From Oculina patagonica (Eukaryota): DNA of 64,000 nt. Each line of letters starts with the position of its first letter. The stretch's first letter is position 1. The stretch covers positions 32,240,001 to 32,304,000 of the forward strand of contig NC_135769.1 in NCBI RefSeq assembly GCF_052425735.1, read 5' to 3'. Shown here in pieces: positions 1 through 12,126 of the stretch. A program made the translations under genes and the position numbers. Below the pieces are notes generated by a model, which made no database searches, had not been told where the DNA came from, and saw nothing but the letters and a program-made list of their open reading frames with translations.

Positions 1-580
1 ATTTTACAATGTCTCTGCTACATATAGACTGGTCTTAAAAAAGGCACAAAATCTCTAATATTTTAATATTAATGGATTAAAGTGCCAGGAAAATTGTAGT
101 GTGTACCTATTAGTGGATGTCACTCATATTCTATTTCTGATTGTCTTCTTTATTGTTATAGTACTGTACCTGTGTTGGATTTGCCTCCATGTTCATCAGG
201 GCTTGGTTATGCAAAGTTACTGGGTCAAGTTCCTGTGAGATGTTGAGGAGGTACAAGTTAAAGTTTACATTGTTTTTCTAGCCAAAGTTAATGTCAATAC
301 ATAACGGGTAGTACATGCAGCTTTTGCGTGGTATTAACCTCATGAAGACAGCTTTTGTACGATGACCTAAGTAAGGCCTGTGAAGGACACCATTAGCTGT
401 GGTCACAGTGTCAAACATCGTTGAAAAACTAAGCTCTTTTTTTCAAGCAAATGTGTTATTCTCAAAAGGCAGGAAACCATAGTGACTATCAGAGCTTATA
501 CATGTGTAAGCAATAGACATGATTCCTGTTGGCTGTTAGATTAATGCAACGAACAATAAAAATATTTGATTTTTACTTAC

Positions 581-922
581 CTCTTCAGCTCTTGGAGGCA
601 TATCTGTAAGAGCTTCCTGAGCAGAATCAACTGCAATTTAAAAAAATAATAAATACCAGTAAGTCGTTAGGTAATTTCAGAGAAGTTATACACCATAATC
701 AAAGCTGTGCTCTTAGAATAATTGCAGGGTGCCCAAAGGCTCTTCTGTAAGAAATCTTGGGTGTCCAACTCTTAAAAACTTTCATAATAGCAAACTTGTA
801 CAAGTTGCCCAAAGGCAAAAGTCAGTCGCCTGTGGCACCTGGCCTAGAGTTCAGTTGTGATTAGCTCAGTTAGCTGGTAGAGCGCCGGACTGCTGTGCGG
901 GAGGTCGTGGGTTCGAACCCCA

Positions 923-963
<41 letters not shown>

Positions 964-3900
964 TGTGCTGCCTTTGTAATTACATCTGCAAATGGTTAGA
1001 CATTCTAGTCTTCTCGGAAAAGGACGATAAACCGTAGGTCCCGTCTCCTGTATCTTCAGTCTTGTAACAGGGGACGTTAAAGAACCCACACACTATTCGC
1101 AAAGAGTAGGGCACGAAGCTCCCGGTGTTGTGGTCTGGTGTGTAAAGCGCATTTGAGCGTATGGAAAATGCGCTATATAAATGCATTATCATTATCATTA
1201 TAATTTTAATTTCAAGACAAAATGAAATATTTTTTCACATAGTTGCACTGCGGTAGAAATTGATTCTGATATTTATTTATAAGTTGTTGTGGATCTACTC
1301 AAACAACATTTGTATTTGCTTACAGTTCTTCAGCTGGTATTCAATCCCTGCTTTAAGGTTGAATGCTTCAATCAGTGCAGTTTCATGTAACACCTGTGAG
1401 TGAAAGAACAAAGCTCTATAAATAATGTGTATTTTTTTGTAATTTAACACAACTCTGCAATAATTACTATCTATAACAAGTAAATATACTCATGCATGAC
1501 TAAATATAAACAACATACCTTGGTGTTGCCCACACTTCTGACCTCAATACCTTCTGTTGTCATTCCAACACTTAATTCTGAAATTCAAAACATTAAAAAT
1601 TTTATTCAACAGATACACAGTTAGTATTAACAAGTATTATTATATGGCTACGATAGTACGCGCGCTCTGATTGGCTGCTGAGCGGGCATTATTTTCTTGT
1701 AATGACGGGGCATTATGAAAATTTTTCTCGGCTCGACGGTTTTTTGAGTTGTGAGTAAAAGCTACTAGTGAGGGGGCAAAAACAACAAAAAATGCCGACA
1801 AAATATAGCTATCTTTTCAATAACTGAAAGAAAAATATAAGCATACCGTCCGATACTTCTTTAGTATGAGCGACAAAGAGAGCCACAGAGAGCGAGAGCG
1901 AGAGCGAAAGCGAGTTTTACCTCCAGTGTTTTTTTCCTTGATTTTTTTTAATAGTGCTTAAAGGCCATATAATAAATAACTTATTAACCTCGTCCGTTCG
2001 GTCATTACAGGGGAATCTCAGACCTCGACCTTGATGTATTCAAGACCTCGGTCTGAGATTCCCCTGTAATGACCTCACTCTCGGTTAATAAGTAGTATAT
2101 AATCTGCAAGTTTATTGTTTATTATGAGATGAATGTGTTTAAGTTAAACAAGATAATTCTCTTTTCAGAAATAATTATTAGACTTTAGCATGGCTGTGTC
2201 AAAAGAGTTATCATGGAGTCAATGTAGATGTACAAATGTCTGTAAATGTCAGAGCTCTGCACATGGTTTTTTATAGCTTTATAATAACATTAATAGTACT
2301 TATCTATTACTGTATTTTATTGGGCAAATTTCTTTATGCAAGATGTAAACAGTGATATCACACTACATAGAAAAGTCATGTTAACTTAATGACTGGTCTT
2401 GAAAAAATGCTGGGTCTCCAAAATGGAGTTGTAAATAGGCCCCTCGTGCTTAACAAGTTGTGGGTATATGGCAAGATTTGTCTACCAAAAATAATGAATT
2501 AAAACCCTTGCTTAAAAAACACCAGGCTCAAATAAACTACAGTAGTCAAATAAATGCCAGCTCCACCAGGCCAAGTTTGAAAATTACCGGTATAAATGCT
2601 GTGGATGTTTAATTGAGAAAATAACAGTAACCTTAGACAGTACGTAATGGAAAATGTTCCCAAAACGTATCTTCTCTAACCTGGGTGGTCTCTGATTCCT
2701 CTTTCAATAATATCAGCAATGTGCTTCAGTGCTGGTGCATACTGCTTCAAGCTGTAAAAACACAGCGCTATGTTGTAGGACAGATCTGAAAAAGGAATCA
2801 ATGTCTTTTAAGTTGACAGAACTGAAAAAACAACAACACACCAACATATGAAAGACTGAAATAAGATGTAAATTTATCTAGTAAACACATCTGATCAGTA
2901 ATTACTCACTTTACCCAAAAGTAAGCCTCTAGCCCACTGGAGACAGGTCCGGAGAAATATCCATTCCAGGGTGGCTACCCCCAGTACCACCTGATCTGTA
3001 CTCCCCCCAGGGGGGCTCCCCCTCCTGGTTCCCACAATCCCTCGGGACTGTGGGATATGGGCCTCACCCCTGGAGGCAAGTCCGGAACATTTAACCCAGG
3101 GTGGCTACCCCCGGTACCACCTGATCTGTACTCCCCCAGGAGGGCCCCCTCCTGGGCCCCTAGACCCAAGTCACGCTTCCCTGGCACCCTTATTTTACCC
3201 ACAACCATTGTGTCATTGTCATTTGTGTATTACTGTAGCAGCAACTCAACCAGCCCTTGAAAAGAGGATCATAAAATGTAACTTATTACTCAGTTGTTAT
3301 TGTTTTGCTTTTATTAATTTTATCACTTGTTACCTGGTTGATATCCAAGAATATTCATTGCAGTCTGGAATTTCTGACAGGCCTCAGCATATCTCCCCTC
3401 CTACAAAAAGAATTGAAAATAGCATAGCAAGATGCGTTCATTATACTGAAACACAGTCAAACGCTAGCTTTTTTATTTTTGATCCAAGTGTCTCAGCTGA
3501 TTTTGCCAGGACGTCAATAAGCCCAGACATGCCTTCAGACCCGAGGATGTCAGATAAAACTTTGTTCCCTCCAGTGTACTATCTATTTCTTGTAATAAGT
3601 TTATTATGTAACAAGCTAACAAATATTTTGCAGGTATAATTTTTTGCTACCTTGTAAAGAAGACATCCAAGATTGACTTCTGTATCAGGATCATCAGCAG
3701 GACACTGCTCCACCATACTCTACAAAAACAACAAACACATTTTACAGTAACTGTATTTGATAACGCACAAAAGCTAAACACTTTTCAATGATTCATATAT
3801 AAGGTAATTTATTATTTACTGCACCTTGGCTCCCTGTAAATCCTCTTCTCCATATTTTATGGCAGCTTGGAGTTTCAGCACCTTAGAATTACAGGAGGAA

Positions 3901-6421
3901 ATAGAAAATAGTGCTGTCATTTCAAAACACAAATGACTGTGCTTTAATGTCTACTATCCACGTTAAGATATGGATATTATATATGTTGTGGTTCAAATGT
4001 AACTTTGGTTTAAAATTTTTCAAACCAGTTTGATTTTCATTTCCCATTGTTTCAGATTATGTTAATGAATATGGGACAATGAAATATGAAAATCAAACTG
4101 GTTTAAAAAATTCAACCAAAGATAAATTTGAACCACAACATATATATCTTTTAAGTTGTTCTCCTGTACATAACAGGTTTGAAGTATTTTTATCCTTGTT
4201 TGTCCATTCTACATTTATCTTTTGTCGCTATAATTCTTATATCGGGGTACATTTTACTTTTGGGCTTATGAAACATGTTCGTCATAACCAGGATTTCGTT
4301 ATGTCCAGGTTTGTTACATCGAGGTTCTGTTCCAAACATTTTACTGTAATTAATTTTTGGCCAAGCTGAGGAATATGGTTCGTTATTCCGAGGACTTTGT
4401 TGTAAAGAGGTTCCTTAAATTGAGGTTCCAGGCACGGCAGAGCCGGGGGGCTGGGGGGGGGGGGGCTTTAGCCCCCCCCCCCCAAATTTCCAAAAAAATA
4501 AAGACTTACTAAGAGAAAAGTCTTTTAAGCCCCCCCACTTCAAGTCACTAGTCAGCCCCCCACTTGGAAAATTGCTCCGCCGTCCCTGGGTGAAGCTGCT
4601 TAGCATAAGTTAAAGATTTCTAACCTTTGATTGGTATATAGGATTTTCAATCTGAAATGTTGCCTTCATTGCTTCTGGATACATGAATGCTTTGTACAAA
4701 GACTGCAGAGGAAATAATAAAATTATTTATTAATTTTTTATCAGAATTACTAAAAACAATTTATTAGTCAAGAATGTTCTTGCTGCCCGTTTAAAAAGTT
4801 TGACTTCATAAAAAAAATGTGGTCCATTCAAACAGTTCAACAAACACACTCAAACACTTTTAAATCACTGCTCTTTATCATCTACATGTACACATTAAGT
4901 TGAAGTTTGTGCATTGTTCAGTCATGTTTAGTTCATGTACTAAGCAACTGTACTAGAAGCAAATGTACTAGAAAAAGTTTAGCAAACCAGCAAACCTGAG
5001 CATAGGCCAACTTGTATTCATCAACTTCTGGATGTATCTGTGTTAGCTGTCCATAGCTAGAAAAACAAGATACATAACTATTATACAAACTTTAACTGCT
5101 GCAAACAAGTTTAACAGCTGCTTTCTATAAGAAAGGTCATACACAAAAGTTTCTCAGTACCCCCCTCTTTTTACACTGCAGCACTGCAGCAATGTTTAAT
5201 CCCATCTTTCAAAACAGATGTTTTTTTTTCTTTGATTTTTTAATTTTGCTCTGGCTTATGAAACAATCCCTTCTCCATATGCTAGGGAGGGCATATAACA
5301 TGACATAATTTTCAGATTTAGTCTTCATAGCCCTGGACTAAGTACTTACCAGTCAGCTGCTGCATCAAAGCTTTGAACCTGAAAATAGCAGTAACCTAAA
5401 AGCGAGAGCGCTGCTCTTGACTGAAACAAAAAAAGACAAAACGATCATTTAACACATTGATTAATGGTACAGTCATCAGTGACTAAGCTAGTGAAGTCAG
5501 TAGCTATCAGAGTCTACTTACAGAACTAAGCAATAAAACTAAATAAATTATCCCCAATGGCAAATGATTAATATTATTATGTACCTTAGAATGATTTTCC
5601 AGCTCCTGTGATAGGATTTGAATAGCTTCATGGAACTTCTGATTCTTGATCTGTGAGATAATACAATATGATTTCAAGCAGAGTAAATCTTTTTGGATAT
5701 AAATTCATTTCTTTTTTACCAACATCAGGGCTTGGAATAACCTGAACACCAAGTCACTCTCAAATTTTGCTTGCCTACATGATGGTTGCACGCTTGTCTT
5801 ACCGGTAGTTTACTTTTCAGTATGATTTAGTTAGCAGATGACTTGCAAGCCAGGACCATTTCCCACTGGGCAAGTTAGAATGAAAAGCAAACATCAAACT
5901 AATACTTAAAATTAGCAGTGAAAATCCTAGATCAGCTGTATTCTGCCTCATAGCTACTTGCCCAAAATTTTAAGGTTGGCGTATTTTGAAGTGGTCAGGT
6001 GTGTTCCAGTTAAGCAGATTCATGTACTCTTCACTCCTCTCCACACTTCGTATTGCTGCAAATATCTTTTTTTCATCCACAAACACTGCACGCACCTCCC
6101 CTTCCCCCTACCAACCCCAACCCCCTTCATCCCTCCTAACAATATCACAAGCATATACACAATGAAAATGCTTCTTAACCAAACGCTTGCTGCATTCTAG
6201 GATCGATAACTCAGATACAATTAAAAAAAATTCATTTTGCGACTGATTTATTGCAGGATTTTTTGGTTTTAGCACGATGTTTACAGAGTTCATTTTGTTC
6301 CCGAGCAACCGATGTCAACAATAGGCAATCATTTTAACACGATAAGTTTAACGTAAAAATCACTTACCATTGCATAAACTGTTGTTGTATATTCTCCCTC
6401 TTTGACTTGCACACCCGCCAT
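581..6421 (-). CDS. TTC30: Tetratricopeptide repeat protein 30 / IFT70 (fleer, DYF-1), first 12 coding exons (269 aa); 3' part continues off the window
   Basis: GT-AG exons 6368-6421, 5585-5650, 5350-5420, 4996-5056, 4625-4702, 3825-3881, 3651-3719, 3334-3400, 2681-2785, 1519-1577, 1324-1393 and 581-630 splice in frame. Product: MAGVQVKEGEYTTTVYAMIKNQKFHEAIQIL...SRAALSLLGYCYF...DLSYNIALCFYSLKQYAPALKHIADIIERGIRDHPELSVGMTTEGIEVRSVGNT..LHETALIEAFNLKAGIEYQLKN..AQEALTDMPPRAEE, hallmark TTC30 sequence. Confidence 0.96.
861..1203 (+). mobile_element. tRNA-derived SINE with Deu/Nin-like central domain and LINE (L2-type) 3' tail
   Basis: Pol III A box (TAGCTCAGTTAGCTGG) and B box (GGTTCGAACCC). Central GTCTTCTCGG..GACGATAAACCGTAGGTCCCGTC..GGACGTTAAAGAACCCAC..CACTATTCG..CCCGGTGT resembles the DeuSINE/Nin domain. 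Tail TGTAAAGCGC..GCGCTATATAAAT followed by (CATTAT)n. Confidence 0.85.
1635..2098. mobile_element. Non-autonomous repeat with short inverted repeat and long terminal hairpin (HINE/Helentron-like architecture, family uncertain)
   Basis: TTATTATATGGC (~1637) is inverted as GCCATATAATAA (~1964). Imperfect hairpin ~1978-2093 (ACTTATTAACC..GGTCATTACAGGGGAATCTCAGACC / GGTCTGAGATTCCCCTGTAATGACC..GGTTAATAAGT). Internal (GAGAGC)n. Confidence 0.55.
2967..3160. repeat. GC-rich ~60-bp direct repeat, two copies ~129 bp apart, in a TTC30 intron
   Basis: CCAGGGTGGCTACCCCC(A/G)GTACCACCTGATCTGTACTCCCCC..CCCCCTCCTGG at ~2967 and ~3096. Confidence 0.8.
3978..4146. mobile_element. Palindromic MITE
   Basis: TATATGTTGTGGTTCAAAT..TTTGGTT..AAACCAGTTTGATTTTCAT mirrored by ATGAAAATCAAACTGGTTT..AACCAAAG..ATTTGAACCACAACATATA; flanked by TA. 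Confidence 0.8.
4429..4587. mobile_element. Short CAGG-terminal MITE (hAT-like) abutting a decayed repeat
   Basis: 15-bp TIR CAGGCACGGCAGAGC / GCTCCGCCGTCCCTG (2 mismatches); internal polyG/polyC; no clear TSD. Confidence 0.6.
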
Positions 6422-6659
6422 CACGAAAATCAAGCGTAAAAATGGAAGAAATGTTCGTAAAATTTTAACCCATGAACACAAAATATTGGAGAAAAATATT
6501 GTCGAGATCCCGGATAACAGACTTGTAACTAGGTCCCAGTACCTCGCCAAGGTACATGGAAGGCCTGGCAAATTTTGTTTCTAGTTCATTCTTTTAATTA
6601 ATTTGATTGTCACTTCGTCCCGCTCGCACCGGCTTGCAGCTGTGATAAACTTCATTCAG
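6297..6659. promoter_or_regulatory. Bidirectional promoter region (TTC30 / Canopy-like) with candidate RFX X-box
   Basis: TTC30 ATG at 6421 (-) and a + strand donor CAG|GTAATG at 6659/6660 are under 250 bp apart. X-box-like GTTCCCGAGCAAC at 6297-6309 lies in TTC30 intron 1. Confidence 0.5.
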
Positions 6660-8227
6660 GTAATGTAAGAATTCTATTTTGCTGTGTTTCTACATTTCTC
6701 TTCTTCGATTTATGTAATTGCTCGAAACAAGTTCTTGAGTTGGTGACCCAGGGCTAAAAATTCTCGATCGTGTGCAGCAGTTTCAGATTTCAAGCCCAGA
6801 GTGTCTAAGCTACCTACTTCGAATTGATTCCTACGTGTATAGTAGTGATAGAACGAATTAGTTGCGGGCCATTGGCGATTCTTGTTTTTAGACAAAGCGC
6901 TTTGAGACCTGAAAGTTATCTTTTTGTTAATTTTTTTGCGTTCAACTCCCGCAAGTAAGCCATCAATTTAAGCTTACGTTCTTGTTCTTTTTAGGAAAGA
7001 TTTTATCTTTGTTGGATTATTTTACACACTTTGACTCGTCGGCAGACAAATCCTAGTGAGAGGTTATACATAAATTAGTTATCTTATGGGTGGGTAAACA
7101 AATATTTGGGATATGGACTGATGAAATCACATTACTAAACCGTTAATCTCTGAACTTTTTTGCTGTAACTTTATATAGGTGACTGGATTTTGTTTTCATT
7201 TTGTACTAAAAGTCTATAACCTCAAGTTTTGAATTATTTATCACTTGAAAATGCTTTGTTGAATCAGTTCACTGCAATTAACGCAAGAGCAGAAATAAAT
7301 AGATTAGTGAAATTTAAGAAAAAACTTATTCAAACATGCTATATTTTCAATCTCAGTTAACTCAATTATTTTACAAAATAAATTTTAAATTACCAGATTC
7401 AATTAAAATTATGTATTTTACTGTAAAATAGACTCTGTCAGGATTTTGGTAGCCATTTCAAAATGCATTGTTTCTATGAGAATCCAATTTTGCATGTATT
7501 TTCTTTATAGGAAATAATTTCCCAGCAGTTTACACAAACCCTGCAGTCATAAAAAAATCTATAAAACCTGAACTGGATTTATGTTCACCAAAAGTATCAA
7601 AATATTGGACAGTAAAACTGGAGGCAAATAACAGTTATTGTGAAAACTTTGTTATCATTATTTTTTTAAGCTAAACACAATATATAATTATTATAACTTT
7701 TGATACAGATTTATAGATAAATATAAAATAGTAGATATACTATTTAGTAAAAATGAAATATATTTATTTACAAATCTCCATAGAAATTCACAGTAAGGTA
7801 GTGACTGAACAAATTCAGGCAGGCAGAGAAAGCACTATATCAAACAATATTTATACTGACACCAAAAAAAAAAATTCTTTGGTAACAAACAGAAAAATAG
7901 TGCCTACAAATATATTAACTGAAAGCGACCCTTGGCTTTTTTTTTAACTGAGAAACAATCTACTGTAAGTTTATTGCAAACTCTATACTCTAAATGAAAA
8001 TCCACATAAATCAGAACCTGTTTGACCTGATAAATGTCATTTTTAACTCATTAGTTCTACCAGCCAATTGAAATAAGCCAAGTTTAAAATATGGAAAAAC
8101 TAATGAGAGAAAACTGATTGAATTGTTTTATACAAGATTGAGATGTGAAGGAGCTGCTGCTTCTTGGGAACATTCAAGTCAAATATAATTATATCTAAAT
8201 TTTGTCAATTCCTTTTCAGTTTTAAAA

Positions 8228-10511
8228 ATGGACATTTTACTAAGAATTGCAATGGCTCTGGCACTTTGTCTTCCTATATCTGGTAACATACCAATGCCAC
8301 CTGATATGGCACAAGGTTTGTAAAACTGCAATCTCCGTAGTTTATATATATTTTCCATTTAAATTTTTCAAACCAGTTCGAATTTTATTTTATTTATATT
8401 TTTTAGTTTGTGTTTATAATAAATTTAAGACAAAAGAAGATAAACTCGTACTGTTTTTTTTTACATATAATACATGGTGAAAGATTTGTATAAGAAATAA
8501 GGCAGCCTGTTTATTGTTTCTCTCAAGAAATGTTTTGCTTTGAATTTATACTTTTTTCGGAAATTTTAGAACTTTTAATTTTCTGCGAGAGTTGTAGTAC
8601 TGTTTTGAAAGGTACACTTTATACATAGAGCTATTATTTTAATACATTAAATTATTCTGTGTCTTTCTTTTTAGGGCTTTACTGTGCATGTTGTGTTAGT
8701 GTGGTGAAAGGTAAAATATCACATTTTACTTTTATGTAGTCACTCGTTCTATGGATAATTTTGGTTCTTTGTACTGATCAAGACAGTATAAGTTTGTCTT
8801 TTTTATATTTCTGTCTTTTTGTGTATGGATTTGCTCCATATTTGCAATTGTTGTAAAGTTTTCTTAACAAAGATAATGATTCAGTCAGATATGTCTTAAA
8901 ATAATAGAAAACAGTCTATTACAGTCTTATACCTACCAGGTTATTAGAGCCATTCCCTAGTTTGTCTTTTCAATGCAATGCCTCCCCTCCCTCTTCTCTC
9001 CATGTCAAGTAACCAGCTGTATTTACAGTATACCGGTATTATTTTTTGCTTTAGAACTAGACAAGTTATTAGCCAAGAAAACCTCAGATCCGAGGGAGCT
9101 CCAAGTGGTCGAGGCTATGGAGGACATTTGCCAGTCAACATATTATAGAACATATGATTTTTCACCGCCAACTAATGTTAAAGTTTGCAAATTTATAATG
9201 GGTGAGTTATCAGTCATTGCACTTATTAAAAGTTTGTAAATTGATTAGTGTGAACAATTCGCCCACTAAAGAGGGTACTTGCATGAAAATCGAAGGGGTA
9301 TTGCCCGTGTCAGACTTGCATTCCATCCAAAGAGGAAAACTCCTAGTCACCGTCATGGGACTGAAATCAGGGATAAACTTTGATCAAAACGTAGACTGGA
9401 TTGTTTTAATGATGATTTATGGCAATTTAAGAGCCAATCCTCAGGATGGGCCAACATTTGAACTTATTATTGCATAGATATTTGAAATCTCTAATTTTCT
9501 ACAAGTCTGCTATATTAGACATTCTCTTCAATGGGAGATTGCTGTTAAGGAGCCAATCAAACAGGTAGCCAAATGGTTTTGCTTGACTCGATGTTCATAG
9601 TTTATGAGGTCAGCTTTGTCTGGGTCTCTCATGATGTGTTCTTGAGCAAGATAGGAACTGTAAAAGCTCCAAAGCCCCCTTTCTCCAATAAGCCCCCTCT
9701 CTATTAAGCCCAGCTCAAAAGGTCTTTAAAACGAATGAGCCCCCTCTCCTACCCCCCACCCTACCCCCCGCCCTGGTTTTATGGCAACTTTTGTGAGGGC
9801 CCTTTCCATTTGGCTGTATGTTAAAGTGAGTATCAGCAAATAATTCAGTGTAGGGTCAACCTGGAAATGCTCAATGCTGTGGAGGACGATGGATGATGGA
9901 CTTGTAAGCATCCCATATAGGGAGGAGTAGCAATACTTATTAGGCGTAAATCTGGAAACATCATCACATCTGCTGTTTGGGGTGACAAGGGGTGGGTCTT
10001 TTAATGCATGTGTTCCCAGCCCTTCCTCACTGTGCTCTCATTCATAGTACAACATTCAACCATAATCTGTGTTCTGCTTGTTTACACAGAGAAATATGAT
10101 GAAGACTTAGAAGAGTTATTGATTAAGAAGGTAAAGGATACAGAACAGGAGGTTTGCTACAAACTGACCAGAGCATGTGAAGGTGTGGATAGGAGTGTCA
10201 AAGCAAAAGAGCCATTTGAGTACAGCTTCAACAACCAGAAACAAGAAATCAAAACAGAACCAGTGCCTCCAAAGGAAGATGATGGTATCCAGCGCATGAA
10301 TGTGGATATAAATGATCCTGGTGCAGCAGAGAGGCTGGCAGAACAGATTAAATCCCAGCTGGGACAACAGCAGATGGGCGGCGGAGATGAGGATGATGAT
10401 GACGAGGAGGAGGAGGAAGAGGAGGAGGAGGAAGGTGAAGGTGCAGGGGAGGAAGATGGCGCCGGAGAAGAAGATGATACACAATCTTTTAAGGAGAAAA
10501 CTGAACTGTAG
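8228..10511 (+). CDS. ER-resident saposin-B-like (Canopy/CNPY-like) protein, 230 aa, with signal peptide, acidic tail and KTEL
   Basis: Exons 8228-8315, 8675-8710, 9055-9201 and 10090-10511 join in frame: MDILLRIAMALALCLPISG-NIPMPPDMAQGLYCACCVSVVKELDKLL..VVEAMEDIC..KVCKFIMEKYDEDLEELL..EQEVCYKLTRAC..(D/E)n..KTEL*. Saposin six-Cys spacing. Acceptor at 8219 and an upstream non-coding exon ending at 6659. AATAAA at ~10856. Confidence 0.85.
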
Positions 10512-10575
10512 TCTAACATAACAAATTATTAGCTTGAGCAAACACAGCTTTTTCTTCGATTGTCGCACTTCGACC

Positions 10576-10705
10576 TGAAAAATTCCATTCTGATGACGTA
10601 GCTCTACGGTGATTGGCTGTTGCCTGGTTTTAAATTTCGCACACAAGTAATAACCAATCAGAGACACTGTACGGATCTCTGACGTCATCAGAATGGAATT
10701 TTTCA
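10576..10705. repeat. Inverted-repeat (MITE-like) element in the 3' UTR of the Canopy-like gene
   Basis: Perfect 24-bp IR TGAAAAATTCCATTCTGATGACGT / ACGTCATCAGAATGGAATTTTTCA with inner GATTGG/CCAATC. Confidence 0.75.
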
Positions 10706-10921
10706 CTCGAATCTGAGACGTCTTCAAAGAGAGGCGGCCGTTTGCCACAAATATACAAATATTTAGAATTGTTTTCAGTCATTTTAAAAATACAATGTCA
10801 AGTACCATGAAGTCTTTATTAACTGTATTTTTATAGCAGTTGCAAATTGGGCTTGAATAAATGTTTCCTTTACAAAAGTTGCAGATTGTTGCCTTCTCTC
10901 CTTCGTAACTTACGACAACTA

Positions 10922-11337
10922 CCGTATTTACTCGAATAAGCGCCGCGGCGCTTATTTAATTTTTCGCGCGTCAAGTGCGGCGCTTATTTAAAATTTGGTC
11001 GCCAAAGAGAATCTTATATTTTACAGTAATTGGAAATAGCATCTTTTGGTTGTCAGTATTCGTCTCTTGCTGAAGAGAAAGGTGGCGCTACGTACTACGT
11101 ATTGTAAGAATATTGGATAGAAAAACTAATGGGCGAGCGGTGAACTGCAAAACATCGCTTTTGCTGGAAAGACATGTCAAAGTATGTTTTAGAGTTGTTG
11201 TTTCTTTAAGGTAAACGGAATTCACCAAACAAGCGCCGCATCGGGACTGCGGCGCTTATTCGGGGGCGGCGCTTATTAATTTTTTTGGCCTAAATGCGGC
11301 GCTTATTCGGGGGCGGCGCTTATTCGAGTAAATACGG
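10922..11337. mobile_element. Tc1/mariner(pogo)-type MITE, TA TSD
   Basis: TA|CCGTATTTACTCGAATAAGCGCCGC ... GCGGCGCTTATTCGAGTAAATACGG|TA perfect TIR, with repeated GCGGCGCTTATT subterminal motifs. Confidence 0.9.
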
Positions 11338-11892
11338 TATGATGCAGAATAAACCTTAATACTTTTTTTAAAAACTTTTAAGGGTGGACAGTGACAAGGC
11401 AAAAATTCGCCAGATCGCAGGCCAATTGAAGATACGCAAATATAATGCCTGACGCTTTGACAATAGGTTGAACAGGTACAACGAACTGCTAAATGTAGTC
11501 GATTTAAATTTAATACATATCGTCAACATTACACGTTAGTTGAAACTCGATTAATTAAATTTTTTCTTCATTTGAAGTTTATTTTACTACTTTTCAGCTC
11601 GAAATAATTTCCAGCAGTCGCAGATGTTTTAAAAACTACACTGAGGACACAGAGCGTACGTGTCTGAATTTCATTCCTCATTATGCAGATTAGAAGAGCG
11701 GATTAGCCCACGTAAACTTTGCTCAGGTGAATAAAAGACCCCATTAGCCATCCGCACGCTTCTAAACCAAAAAACCTAATTCCTGCCACGAATTTTTATT
11801 CTAGTTTTGTTTATAAAGGTGATGTCGGCAAAGAGCGGATACAAGAATTGTTAATTGTTACCGCTGTCAGTTGCAATGTCGGTAATTGTTTA

Positions 11893-12126
11893 GGGACGGA
11901 CCATTATTTTCTTGGAGGGGGGGATGAAAAATTTTCCTCTGCAAACTTTTTTTTTTTTAGTTTATGCACCTCTGCAAACCTTTTTTTTCCAAATTCTTAC
12001 TATTTTTTGTTATACATATCGTTTTTGCAAACAATTTATTTTGTCTTTCCAGGCCCTGCAAACAATTTTTTTCAATATTTTTCATTCCCCCCCCCCCCCC
12101 CCTCCAAAAAAATAATGGTCCGTCCC
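11893..12126. mobile_element. PIF/Harbinger (Tourist-like) MITE, TTA TSD
   Basis: TTA|GGGACGGACCATTATT ... AATAATGGTCCGTCCC|TTA. Confidence 0.85.

Noticed and set aside
861-930. tRNA gene
   Set aside because: A and B boxes are present but there is no closing acceptor stem; it continues into a SINE body and tail.
10116-10748. 210-aa and 120-aa minus-strand ORFs
   Set aside because: Antisense shadows of the low-complexity acidic exon of the Canopy-like gene.
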